From positions 44,144,001 to 44,208,000 of the forward strand of contig NC_086102.1 in NCBI RefSeq assembly GCF_963921235.1: a stretch of DNA of 64,000 nt. The letters run 5' to 3'. Position 1 is the stretch's first letter; every line of letters starts with the position of its first letter. The stretch comes from Mobula hypostoma (Eukaryota). The translations under genes were made by a program, and so were the position numbers. The notes beneath the pieces are model-generated. The model was not told the DNA's origin, searched no databases, and worked only from the letters and a program-made list of their open reading frames with translations. Below, one piece after another: positions 32,357 through 45,106 of the stretch.

Positions 32357-33570
32357 GCATCTCTAGGAAGAGGTACAGTCGATGTTTCAGGCCGAGACCC
32401 TTCATCAGGATTAACTGAAGGAAGAGCTAGTAAGAGATTTGAAAGTGGGAGGGGGAGGGGGAGATCCAAAATGATAGGAGAAGACAGGAGGGGGAGGGAT
32501 GGAGCCAAGAGCTCCATCCTCCCGCCACCCCACTAGGAATAGGGTTCCCTTGGTCCTCACCTACCACCCCACCAGCCTCCGGGTCCAGCATATTATTCTC
32601 CGTAACTTCCGCCACCTCCAACAGGATCCCACCACTAAGCACATCTTTCCCTCCCCCCCCCCCAGCTTTCTGCAGGGATCGCTCCCTACGCCACTCCCTT
32701 GTCCATTCGTCCCCCCCATTCCTCCCCACTGATCTCTCTCCTGGCACTTATCCTTGTAAGTGGAACAAGTGCTACACATGCCCTTACACTTCCTCCCTTA
32801 CCACCATTCAGGGCCCCAGACAGTCCTTCCAGGTGAGGTGAGACTTCACCTGTGAGTCGGCTGGGGTGATATACTGCGTCCGGTGGCCTTCTATATATTG
32901 GCGAGACCCGATGCAGACTGGGAGATCGTTTTGCTGAACACCTACGCTCTGTCTGCCAAAGAAAGCAGGATCTCCCAGTGGCCACACATTTTAATTCCAC
33001 ATCCCATTCCCATTCTGACAAGTCTATCCATGGCCTCCTCTACTGTAAAGATGAAGCCACACTCAGGTTGCAGGAACAACACCTTATATTCTGTCTGGGT
33101 AGCCTCCAACCTGATGGCATGAACATTGACTTCTCTAACTTCCGCTAATGCCCCACCTCCCCCTTGTACCCCATCCGTTATTTATATACACACATTCTTT
33201 CTCTCACTTTCCTTTTTCTCCCTCTGTCCCTCTGACTATACCCCTTGCCCATCCTCTGGGTTTTCCCCCCCTCCCCCTTTTCCTTCCCCCTGGGCCTCCT
33301 GTCCCATGATCCTCTCATATCCCTTTTGCCAATCACCTGTCCAACTCTTGGCTCCATCCCTTCCCCTCCTGTCTTCTCCTATCATTTTGGATCTCCCCCC
33401 CCCTCCCACTTTCAAATCTCTTACTAGCTTTTCCTTCAGTTAGTCCTGACGAAGGGTCTCGACCTGAAACGTCCACTGTACCTCTTCCTAGAGATGCTGC
33501 CTGGCCTGCTATGTTCACCAGCAACTTTGATGTGTGTTGCTTGAATTTCCAGCATCTGCAGAATTCCTCG
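32357..33570 (+). mobile_element. Penelope-like 3' portion (GIY-YIG) with hammerhead pLTR and inverted 5' arm
   Basis: FTCESAGVIYCVR...GRSFC*T GIY-YIG remnant; 32357-32512 is the reverse complement of ~33345-33497; hammerhead motifs at 33441-33478 (+) and 32376-32412 (-). Confidence 0.8.
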
Positions 33571-33599
33571 TATCCCAACAGGAAGGTTTGTTAATGCTG

Positions 33600-36500
33600 C
33601 ATGGTGGGGATTAAACTAGAGTTGCAGGAGAATGGGAACAAGAGTGCCAGGAACAGTGGAGAGGTTCTGGAGGCAGTCGTTGATAAGACTTCAGACAAAG
33701 TTAGGAATCAAAAGGTTGAGCATGCTGTGACTAATGTCTTCAGGCGCCTACATTTCAACGCAAGAAGTATTGTAGGAAAAGGCAGATAATTGTGCTGAAA
33801 ATGAGGTGGCTGGTTTACAAACAGAGACAATATGTAGTGAGGAGAGGCTGTTGAGAGAGCAAAACTGCAGCGAACAGGAGCTGCAACGTAAAAGGCAGAC
33901 AAAAATCAAAAAGGGTAAATACAGGACTGACGATGTTGTATCTGAATGCTCACAGTATATGGTATAAGGTAGATGAACTTGCAGCACAGTTGCAGATTGG
34001 CAGGTATAGTGTTGTAGGCATCACTGGCTGAAAGATTATAGCTGGGAGCTTAATGTCCAATTATACACAATGATTCGAAAGGATAGGCAGGAAGGCAGAG
34101 GGGGTGGTGTTGCTCTATTCGTAAAACATGAAATCAAATCATTAGAAATAGGTGACATAGGGTTGGAAGGTGTTAAATCATTGTGGATAGGGCCAAGGAA
34201 CTGCAAGTGTAAAAAGACCCTGCTGGGAGTTGTATACAGACCCCCAAATAGTAGTAAGGATGTTGCTTACAAATTACAAAGGAGATAGAAAATGCATGCC
34301 AAAAGGGCAATGTCATGGGGACTTCAGTATGCAGGTAAATTGGGAAAATAAGGCTGGTGTTGGATTTCAGGAGGGAAAATTTCTTGAGTGCCTATGAGAT
34401 GGCTTTTTTGAGCAGCTTGTGATTGAGCCCGCCAGGGGATCAGTTATTCTGGATTGGGTGTTGTGCAATGAACCAGAATTGATTGGAGAGCTGAAGGTAA
34501 AAGAACCCTTAGGGGCAAGTGATCATAATACGATCAAATCCACCATGAATTTTGAGAAAGAGAAGATAAAGTCAGATGTATCATTATTACAGAGGAGTAA
34601 AGGGAATTACAGAGGCATGAGAGAGGAATTGGCCAGAATTATATAGAGGGACCAACTAGAGGGGATGCAATATTGGATCTCCTGTTAGGAAACGAGTTAG
34701 GACAAGTGACGGAAGTCTGTGTAGGGGAGCACTTTGGTTCCAGTGATCATAACACCATTAGTTTCAACTTGATCATAGACAAGGATCGATCTGGTCCTAG
34801 GGTTGAGGTTCTGAACTGGAAGAAGGCCAAATTTGAAGAAATGAGAAAGGATCTAAAAAGCGTGGATTGGGACAGGTTGTCCTCTGGCAAAGGTGTGATC
34901 GGTAGGTGGGAAGCCTTCAAAGGAGAAATTTTGAGAGTGCAGAGCTTGTATGTTCCTGTCAGGATTAAAGGCAAAGTGAATAGGAATAAGGAACCTTGGT
35001 TCTCAAGGGATATTGCAACTCTGATAAAGAAGAAGAGGGAGTTGTATGACATGTATAGGAAACAGGGAGTAAATAAGGTGCTTGAGGAGTATAAGAAGTG
35101 CAAGAAAATACTTAAGAAAGAAATCAGGAGGGCTAAAAGAAGACATGAGGTTGCCTTGGCAGTCAAAGTGAAGGATAGTCAGCTTTTACAGGTATATTAA
35201 GAGCAAAACGATTGTAAGGGATAAAATTGGTCCTCTTGAAGATCGGTGGTCGGCTATGTGCGGAACTAAAGGAAATGGGGGAGATCTTAAATAGGTTTTT
35301 TGCATCTGTATTTACTAAGGAAACTGGCATAAAGTCTATGGAGTTAAGGGAAACAAGTAGTGAGATCATGGAAACTGTACAGATTGAAAAGGAGGAGGTG
35401 CTTGCTGTCTTGAGGAAAATTAAAGTGGATAAATCCCTGGGACCTGACAGGGTGTTCCCTTGGACCTTGAAGGAGACTAGTGTTGAAATTGCAAGGGCCC
35501 TGGCAGAAATATTTAAAATGTCGCTGTCTACAGGTGAGGTGTCGGAGGATTGGAGAGTGGCTCATGTTGTTCCGTTGTTTAAAAAAGGATCGAAAAGTAA
35601 CCTGGGAAATTATAGGCCGGTAAGTTTAACGTCGGTAGTAGGTAAGTTATTGGAGGGAGTACTAAGAGACAGAATCTACAAGCATTTGGATAGACAGGGA
35701 CTTATTAGGGAGAGTCAACATGGCTTTGTGCGTGGTAGGTCATGTTTGACCAATCTACTGGAGTTTTCGAGGAGGTTACCAGGAAAGTGGATGAAGGGAA
35801 GGCAGTGGATATTGTCTACATGGACTTCAGTAAGGCCTTTGACAAGGTCCCGCATGGGAGGTTAGTTAGGAAAATTCAGTTGCTAAGTATACATGGAGAG
35901 GTGGTAAATTGGATTAGACATTGGCCCAATGGAAGAAGCCAAAGAGTGGTAGTAGAGAATTGCTTCTCCGAGTGGAGGCCTGTGACTAGTGGTGTGCCAC
36001 AGGGACCAGTGCTGGGTCCATTGTTATTTGTCATCTATATCAATGATCTGGATGATAATGTGGTAAATTGGTTCAGCAAATTTGCTGATGATACAAAGGT
36101 TAGAGGTGTAGTAGACAGCGAGGGAGGTTTTCAAAGCCTGCAGAGGGACTTGGACCAGCTGGAAAAATGGGCTGAAAAATGGCAGATGGAGTTTAATACA
36201 GACAAGTGTGAGGTATTGCACGTTGGAAGGACAAACCAAGGTAGAACATACAGGGTTAATGGTAAGGCACTGAGGAGTGCAGTAGGACAGAGGGATCTGG
36301 GAATACAGATACAAAATCCCTTAAAAGTGGCATCACAGGTAGGTAGGGTCGTAAAGAGAGCTTTTGGTACATTGGCCTTTAATAATCAAAGTATTGAGTA
36401 TACGAGCTGGAATGTTATGATGAGGTTGTATAAGGCATTGGTGAGGCCAAATCTGGAGTATTGTGTTCAGTTTTGGTCACCAAATTACAGGAAGGATATA

Positions 36501-39080
36501 AATAAGGTTGAAAGAGTGCAGAGAAGGTTTACAAGGATGTTGCCGGGACTTGAGAAACTCAGTTACAGAGAAAGGTTGAATAGGTTAGGACTTTATTCCC
36601 TGGAGTGTAGAAGAATGAGGGGAGATTTGATGGAGGTATATAAAATTATGATGGGTACAGATAGAGTGAAGGCAAGCAGGCTTTTTCCACTGAGGCAAGG
36701 GGAGAAAAAAACCAGAGGACATGGGTTAAGGGTGAGGGGGGAAAAGGTTAGAGGGAACATTAGGGGGGGCTTCTTCCCACAGAGAGTGGTGGGAGTATGG
36801 AGTGAGCTGCCAGACGAGGTGGTAAATGCGGGTTCTTTTTTAACAGTTAAGAATAAGTTGGACAGATACATGGATGGGAGGTGTATGGAGGGATATGGTC
36901 CGTGTGCAGGTCAGTGGGACTAGGCAGAAAATGGTTCGGCACAGCCAAGAAGGGCCAAAAGGCCTGTTTCTGTGTTTTTCTATGGTTTCTAATTAACTGG
37001 AAAAGGACACTGGCAGGGATGACGGTGGAGCAGCAATGGCTGGAATTTCTGGAAGCAATTTGGAAGGCACAGGATATACTGTATACATCCCAAAGAGGAA
37101 GATGTATTCTAAAGGCAAGATGCCATAACCGTGGTCGACATGAGAAGTCAGAGCTAGCATAAAAGCTAAAGAGAGGACACGTAATACAGAAAAAATTATT
37201 GAGAAGTTCGAGGACTGGGAAGCTTTTAAAAACAAACAGAAGGCAACCTAAATAGTCATTAAGAAAAAAAAGATGGAATACGAAAGAAAGCTAGCCAGTA
37301 ATACTAAAGAGGATACCAAAATGTTTCTTCAGATACATAAAGTGTAAAAGTCAAGAGCAGATATTGGACCGTTGGAAAATAATGCTGGAGAGGTAGTAAC
37401 GGGGGACAATGAAATAGTGGACGAACTGAATAAGTATTTTGCATTAGTCTTCACTGTGGAAGACACTAGCAGTATGGTGGGGAAAGTTTCAAGTGTTAGG
37501 GGGCATGAAGTGTGTGAAGTTACCATAACTAGAGAGAAGGTTATGGTGAAACTGAAAGGACTGAAGGTGGATAAGTCAGCTGGACCAGATGGTGTACAAC
37601 CCAGGGTTCTGAAAGTGGTGGCTGAAGAGATCGTGGAGGCATTAGTAATGATCTTTCATGAATCACTAGATTCTGGAATGGTTTCTGAAGACTGGGAAAT
37701 TGCAAATGTCACTTCACTCTTGAAGAAGGGAGAGAGGCAGAAGAAAGAAAACTATAGGCCAGTTAGTTTGACCCTGGTGGTTGGGAAGATGTTGGAGTTG
37801 ATTATTAAGGATGAGGCTTCAGTGTACTTGTATGCATATGATAAGACAGGTCGTGGTCAGCATGGTTTTCTCAAAGGAAAATCTTGCCTGAGAAACTTGT
37901 TGGAATTCTTCAAAGAAATAACAATCAGGATAGACAAAGGAGAATCAGTGTATGTTGTGTACTTGGATTTTCAGAAGGCCTTTGACAAGGTGCCATACAT
38001 GAGGCTGCTTAACAAGCTACAAGCACATGGTATTACAGGAAAGATTCTAGCACAGATAAAGCAGTGGCTGATTGGCAGGAGGAAAGAGTGGGAATAAAGG
38101 GAGCCTTTTCTGGTTGGCTGCCAGTGACTAGTGGTGTTCCACAGGGGTCTGTATTGGGACACGTTCTTTTTACGTTATATGTTAATGAGTTGGATGGATG
38201 ATGGAATTGATGACAAGTTCACAGACGATATGAAGATAAGTGGCAGGTTGTTTTGAGGAATAGAGAGGCTACAGAAGGACAGATTAGGAGAATGGGGAAA
38301 GAAATGGCAGATGGAATGCATGCGGTGGAAGAATTGAAACGGTTGACTATTTTCTAAATGACGAGAAAATACAAAAACCTGAGGTGCAAAGGGACTTGGG
38401 AGTCCTTCTGCAGGATTTCCTAAAAGTTAATTTTCAGGTTGAGTGTGTGGTGGGGAAGGCAAATTGAAAGTTCGCATTCATTTCAAGAGGACTAGAATGT
38501 AAAAGCAAGGATGTAATGTTGAGACTTCATAAAGCACTGGTGAGGCCTCACTTGGAGTATTGTGAGCAGTTTTGGGCCCCTTATCTTAGAAAGGATGTGC
38601 TGAAACTGGAGAAGATTCAAAGGAGGTTTACAAAAATGATTCTGGAATTGAACAGCTTCTCATATGAAGAGCTCTGATGGCTCTGGGCCTACCTTCACTG
38701 GAATTCAGAAGAATGAGCAATGACTTCATTGAAACCTATCGAATGGTGAAAGGCCTTGATAGAATGGATGTGGAGAGGGTGTTTCTTATGGTGGGAGTGT
38801 CTAACACAAGAGGACACAGCCTCAGAATAGAAGGGCGTCCTTCTTGAAAGGAGATAAGGAGGAATTTCTTTAGTGAGGGAGTGGTGAATCTATGTAATTC
38901 TTTACTATAGGCAGCTGTGGAGGCAGAGGTTGATAGATACTTGATTGGTCAGGGCACGAAGAGATATGGGGAGAAGGCAGGAGACTGGGGCTGAGAGGAA
39001 AATTGGATCAGCCACGAATAGATGGCGGAGCAGACGTGATGTGCCAAATGGCCTAATTCTGCTCCTATACCTTATGGTCT
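33600..39080 (+). mobile_element. CR1 (endonuclease to RT to tail) hosting a nested CR1
   Basis: GVVYRPP endonuclease motif before 34640 resumes at 36991; RT ORF 37372-38097. Confidence 0.8.
34641..36990 (+). mobile_element. Nested CR1 of a different subfamily
   Basis: ORFs 34673-35200, 35227-35865 and 35742-36923 form a frameshifted EN-end/RT (KFADDTKV); TTTCTATGGTTTCT tail; host AATT duplicated at the junctions. Confidence 0.85.
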
Positions 39081-39189
39081 GAACAGCAACTGAACCTCTT
39101 GAGTCTGCATGCTTTTATGCACTGATCTGCTGCCACATGATTGGCTGATTAGATATTTGCATCAACAAGCAAGTGTACCTGTGTACATA

Positions 39190-40420
39190 TATCTACTGAT
39201 GCTTCTGGACACATCTTCAGTGATGTTCCTGGTATCATCGGGTGTTTCAGGTCTTTCAACATCATACAGCCTCCTCCAGGTGACCCAGCCGAGGCTGATC
39301 AGACCCCAGCTTGTGTCCAGATGGCTAGCTACTTATGATTCCATGGCTCCCCTCTTTGGAGCCACAGCCATCTTGAGGCCCTCTCTGCCGCATCGGTGGT
39401 ACTGCGGATGGCTCTCCTCTTCCTCTCTCCCTCGATGCCCAAAATGCTGAAGGCTCTAACTAAAGAACGGGCTACGAATCCCCTTCAACCAACCTCCACT
39501 GGGAGACACCTCACTCTCCATCCAGCCTGCTGACAGTTGCTGACCAGTCCTGCGTACTTGGAGAGCTTCCTTTCAAAGGCCTCTTCCAAGCTATCTTCCC
39601 ATGGGACTGTCAGCTCCAGCAGCACCACTTGCTTAGTGGGCTCAGACACTAGGACAATGTCTGGTCGCAGGGTGGTGGCTGCGATATGGTTGGGGAACTT
39701 CAGCTGCCCTTCGAGGTCCACCAACAGCTGCCAGTCCCTTGCAGAGGTCAGAATGCCTGCAGATGTTCTTTTGGCAGGTATCGGCTGCTCCCCAGCTCTG
39801 ACAAAGGCAATGGTCTGCTTGGAGGGTCGGGACCGCTTCGCCCACTCAACTCCTGCGCTGACGGCTTCAGCGATGGTCTTCAGGACCTGATCATGCCTCC
39901 ACCTGTATCGTCCCTCACCAAGTGCCCTTACACAGCCGCTGAGGATGTGCTCCAGGGTTCCTCACTTGGAGCACAGTGGGCACGCAGATGACTCTGCCTT
40001 GCCCCATGTGTGCAGGTTTGATGGGCTTGGAAGCACATCGTACACTGCCCGGATGAGAAATTGTATGTGGTGTGGTTCGGCTTTCCAAAGATCAGCCTAG
40101 GTCACTTTCCTCTCAACCGCATTCTCCCATCTTGTCCAAGCTCCCTGTTGCTTCATTCCCACCACCTTGCAGGCTCTCATCTCCTCCACTACTGCTCTCA
40201 CCTCCTCCTTGAACTAGACGACGCCTTTCCTTCCCTCTGCTGTCCATTTGGGGAGTTGGAAAGGATCCTAGCCCAGCTCGGCCTCATGTGACCACTCCCA
40301 CCAGCCTCCTGTGACGCAGCCTCGCCTCTGCCTCCTGAACAGCTTCCACTGCCCACCACTTCCTGCCAGTACTTAATTGGATCCCTGCTCTAGCCACCTT
40401 TGGGTCACTCGAGTCCCTCT
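39190..40420 (-). mobile_element. HERO/NeSL-like RLE non-LTR retrotransposon, 5'-truncated
   Basis: DPKVARAGIQLSTGRKW, CPLCSK*GTLEHILSGC...GRYRWRHDQVL (CCHC), LRPDIVL...VVLLELTVPWE...ERKLSKY (PD-(D/E)xK endonuclease). Confidence 0.85.
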
Positions 40421-40659
40421 ACTGTAGCACTTACCTAATAAACTGGCCACGGAGTGTAGTAGGAAGAAGTTGTCCCATATGGGCCATATGGTAAAATAAT
40501 TTATGTCCAGGACCAGATTCCTGTACCAGCAAGTGGTCCATTCAAATAGTTACGAATCATGTTTCTCAAATGCACCTGCTTTATACCAAGTTAATATCTT
40601 TTTCACTACTCTTCTCATGCAAGCCTTCAGAAATGATATTAGTTTGATATTTCAATTAC

Positions 40660-40734
40660 CTGTGCACGGTGACAGCCTTTCGTTGCCCTACACGATAAAT
40701 TCGATCTGATGCCTGCTCCTCCAGTGCAGGGTTC
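40660..40734 (-). CDS. TTF2: TTF2 exon (helicase motif VI)
   Basis: (W)NPALEEQASDRIYRVGQRKAVTVH(R); AG/GT borders, phase 2-2. Confidence 0.95.
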
Positions 40735-40974
40735 CTGAAAATAGATCAAATTCATAAATGCAACCAATTATCTTGATTATAAAAGGAAATTTAATGATTC
40801 AACATTTTGTTATCCATTATAGTTTTATATTTTAATCAGAATTCTATTTTGCTGAATGATACTTCAGATAAAAATAAATTAACCATTAAAGCATTTGGAT
40901 GAATGTTGCTAGAAATCAAAGAATACATCTTTGGTTTCATAAATAATTGTCAAGACATTATAAAAATCAAATTG

Positions 40975-41520
40975 CTGACTCAGATGCAACACACACAAAA
41001 TGCTGGAGGAACACAGCAGGCCAGGCAGTATCTATGGAAAAGAATAAACAGTTGACTTTTTGGGCCATCAGGACTGAAAAGGAAAGGGAGAATCAGAATA
41101 GGAGGATGGCGGGGGGGGGGGGAAGAAGTAGACATGGGGAGATGATAGGTTAAACTGGAAGAGGGGGAAGGGGTGAAGTAAAGAGCTGGGAAGCTGTTGG
41201 TGAAAGAGATAAAAGGCTGGAGAAGGGGGAAGAAAGGGAAGGGGTTGAAGCACAACAGGGAGATGATGGGTAGGTAAGGAAAGACGGTATGAGAGGGAAA
41301 CAAGAAAGGGGAATGGTGAAGGAGAGGAGGTGTACGATTACCAGAAGTTCAAGAAATCCATGTTCATGCCATCAGGTTGGAGGCTACCCAGACGGAATAC
41401 AAGGTATTGCTCCTCTAACCTGAATGTGGCCTCTTGCTGGAAGTAGAGGTGACCATTACCATGTCGGAATGGTAATGGGAAGTAGAATTGAAATGGGTGG
41501 CCACCGGGAAATCTCGCTTT
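40975..41520 (-). mobile_element. Penelope-type tail element
   Basis: Reverse complement of the shared ...CTGCTGTGTTCCTCCAGC... tail; purine-rich pLTR; decayed hammerhead near 41055-41075. Confidence 0.6.
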
Positions 41521-43373
41521 TTGTGGTGTTTGGAGCGAAGATGCTTGCTCTCAGCAACATACAGGTGACTCAGTTACATGGATTAATTAACCAAATTCAG
41601 ATAATCTTGGATTATCCTAGTTTGAAATACTAAGCCACAACTCAGTTAAGCAAAGTACAGAACGAAGAAGAAAAAAATTATTGATTAGTAACAAAATGAG
41701 ATGAAAGCAGCATTGTTTGAGACTCAGAGCAAGGACAGTCAGTCCTACAACAGAGAAACTGAGCCTCCAATCCACCACATCCGTGCCAACCATCACAATA
41801 CTCGTTATACCAATTTCATTTTCCAACACTTGACCTGTAGCCTTAAAGATTCATGTGCTCATTGGATACAAAAACGTAACGAGTGTCTCTGCTACTGCCA
41901 CACTCCCTGGCAGCATATTCCAGATTCTAGCCCCACAATAGGTTAAAAGGTTTCTTCCTCAACCTCTTCAAGCCTTCTACCTATTAAACCTATTCACTCT
42001 TTAGCTATTTCTGTTATGTTCCACTATCCGCCACCTGCATCCCCCCCACCACCCTTGCAAATATGAATCCATGTTGTCCTGGAATTCATGGGCTCCAACC
42101 TTTTGGTATACTCTCTCATGTTGGAACTTGTCTAAAACCTTACCAAAGTCTATGTAGACTATGCCAGGTGCAGTACCCTATCAATTCACTCTTAAATTTG
42201 TCAAACTAATCAATTTCCCTTGCACAAAGTCATGCTATGTTGGATCAATTCTTGCCTTTCCAACGCTAGACTAATTTTATTCCTTAATAATTTTTCTACA
42301 ACCAGTGTTATACTCAATTTCCTGTGATAACCAGGCTTATCTGTGCAGCTATTCAAAAAAAAATGTACATCTTCTATCCTCCAGGCATCTGATATATCAT
42401 CTGTGGCCAGTGAAGATTTAAAATTTCTGCCAGATCCCTGACAATCTCCACCCTTATTTCCCAGAGCTGGGTTACATCTCATCGGACCAAGGGGATTTGT
42501 CCACTATTGTCTTCCTCCTTTTTTAATGTTCTCCTCTCCCTGAATTCTTCAACTACAGTGTCCTTTCCCTTACTGTATATAAATAATTAAAACCTTACCC
42601 ACAAACTGACTCCATGCACAGAATACACATGGGCCCCATTCTTTCCTTGGTTACCCCCTTGCCCTTAAATATAGATCCAAACTGTTTAAAGACTAAGGAA
42701 ATTCCCAACTATATTTTGAGCTTCCCCCTTTTCATTTTTCTCCCCAGTAACTCCTCAACAATTTGGACCTCCCCTGAATTCAGATGATCTTTATTTTTTT
42801 TTAATTTTAGAGATACAGCACGGAAATAGATCCATCTGATCCAACAAGTCTGCATTGCCCAATTATACCCATTTGATCAATTAACCTAAGAACCTCTACG
42901 TCTTTGCAAAGTGGGAGGAAACCAGAGCACCCACAGGAAATCCACACGGTCATGGGGGGAACATACAAACTCCTGCCATTTGCTTTTGTTCTCTTTATCC
43001 CACTCTGGATATAGCTTTAGCATCCAGAGTTCCTCGTATTTGTTTCTTTGCCCCATCTTGCAGAAATTCTAACACTAAATCACTTTTGAGTGACTTCAGT
43101 TTGTCATGTAGACTTATTTGAAATGGCTGTGCCCAGTTTACTTATCTGGGGTATTGTATTATTGCATGTTGATACTGACTTGACTCCACCCATACCAAAG
43201 AAGAAAGAGGAAAATATGAAAATACAAGTATTTAAAGAATGGAAAATCAATTGCAGAAAAAAGTCAAGGTGATACGATTTTATCAATAATTCAGTGCTTT
43301 CTGTGCATGAGGAAAATATATTCAACCTACAGAGGCATGCAAAAGTTTGGGCACCCAGGTCAAATTACTGTTA

Positions 43374-45106
43374 CAGGTGTCCCCCGCTTTTCGAACATTC
43401 GCTTTATGAAACCTCACTGTTACAAAAGACCTACATTAGTACCCTTTTTTCGCTTTCAGAAGGTGTTTTCACTGTTACGAAAAAAATTCAGCGCGCGATA
43501 AAAGGCAGCGCGCCCCGAGCAGCCGCTCTCCCCCGGATTCTCGCCGGCATTGCTTAACCACGAGCCTGTGAGCAGCCATTTGCAAGATGAGTTCTATGGT
43601 ATCGGAAAAGCCTGAAAGAGCCCGTAAGGATGTTACACTTATGGTAAAACTAGACATAATTAAGCATTTTGATCATGGTGAACGAAGTAAGGACAAACAA
43701 CAGGAATTCTGCAGATGCTGGAAATTCAAGCAACGCACATCAAAGTTGCTGGTGAACGCAGCAGGCCAGGCAGCATCTATAGGAAGAGGCGCAGTCGACG
43801 TTTCAGGCCGACTGCGCCTCTTCCTATAGATGCTGCCTGGCCTGCTGCGTTCACCAGCAACTTTGAAGTAAGGACAATGTGAGTTTGGCTTGTGGAAGTT
43901 GACGAACATGATGTTGAAGAGGTTTTGGCATCCCATCACCATGAACTGACAGATGAAGAGCTGATGCAATTGGAAGAAAAAAGGATAACAATCGAAACCG
44001 AATGAGTAATGATAAAGCATGACTTTCATTTTGAAAGGGTACGTCGGTTTAGGGGATATTTGCAGGATGGTTTGAGTCCTTATTAAAGAACTGTGTGATA
44101 GAAAAATACGTGAGGCTCAGCAGTCAAGCAAGCCTTCCACATCAGCCACAGCAGACGACGAACCTCGACCTTCAACATCGAGGCAGACAGACATAGGAGA
44201 AGATGAGCCGCCTGTTCTAATGGAAACAGGCAACGAGATGACACCCCAGTGTCCCACCACCCCAACACCCAGGCCACGGACAGATACCGAGTCGCAGAGA
44301 ATGCAAAGGTAGCCGGGAGGCACACAGCACATCTTTAAGAAAAAAGCCAAAATAAACATGCTAATTAATTAGGTGCCGCCGACACGTAATTGTCGGCCCA
44401 GATCAGAGATGACGCAATCGGAAATTGGCACTGATCTGGGCCGACAATTACGGGCGACACCTAATTAATTAGCATGTTTGTTTCAGCTTTTTCATAAAGA
44501 TGTGCTGTGTACCTCCCGGCTACCGCTGCATTCCTGCATTCTTCGCGGCAATGTATCGCTCGGCAGCCCGGAGGGTGGGGGGATCACTGCACCACCCAAA
44601 CTCCGACTCAGCCTAACACACCATCATCAGTGTGCTCAGCGCTGTCTTCCCGATTCCGGTAAGTGATACTACACTATACATACATTATTTCTACTTTATA
44701 TAGGCTGTGTGTTTTTACGTGTTATATGGTATGATTTGGCAGCTTCATGGTTTAAAGGTTACTGGAGAGCACTTGCGCCGTGTTTTTGCCAACAGCACTT
44801 GCGTGAGATTTTCTGCCGACGGCGCTTGCGTGAGATTTTCACTATGGAGAACAGTTCAGTAATGATTGTGGAAAAGTATTTCTACTTTATATAGGCTGTG
44901 TATTTATCATATCATTCGTGCTTTTACTATATGTTACTGTTATTTTAGGTTTTATGTGTTATTTGGCATGATTTGGTAGGTTATTTTTGGGTCTGCGAAC
45001 ACTCACAAAATTTTCCCTTATAAATAAATGGTAATTGCTTTACGACATTTCGGCTTACGAACCGTTTCATAAGAACGCACTACCTTCAGATGGCGGGGGA
45101 AACCTG
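43374..45106 (+). mobile_element. Internally deleted Tigger/pogo element
   Basis: TA-CAGGT(G/T)TCCCCCGC TIRs; HTH start ARKDVTLMVKLDIIKHFDHGE and C-terminal DEHDVEEVLASHHHELTDEELMQL; no DDD core. Confidence 0.8.
43697..43864. mobile_element. Hairpin mini-retroelement (Penelope-type tail)
   Basis: Perfect 57-bp inverted repeat 43741-43797 / 43809-43865; 13-bp TSD GAAGTAAGGACAA (43684-43696, 43865-43877). Confidence 0.85.
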
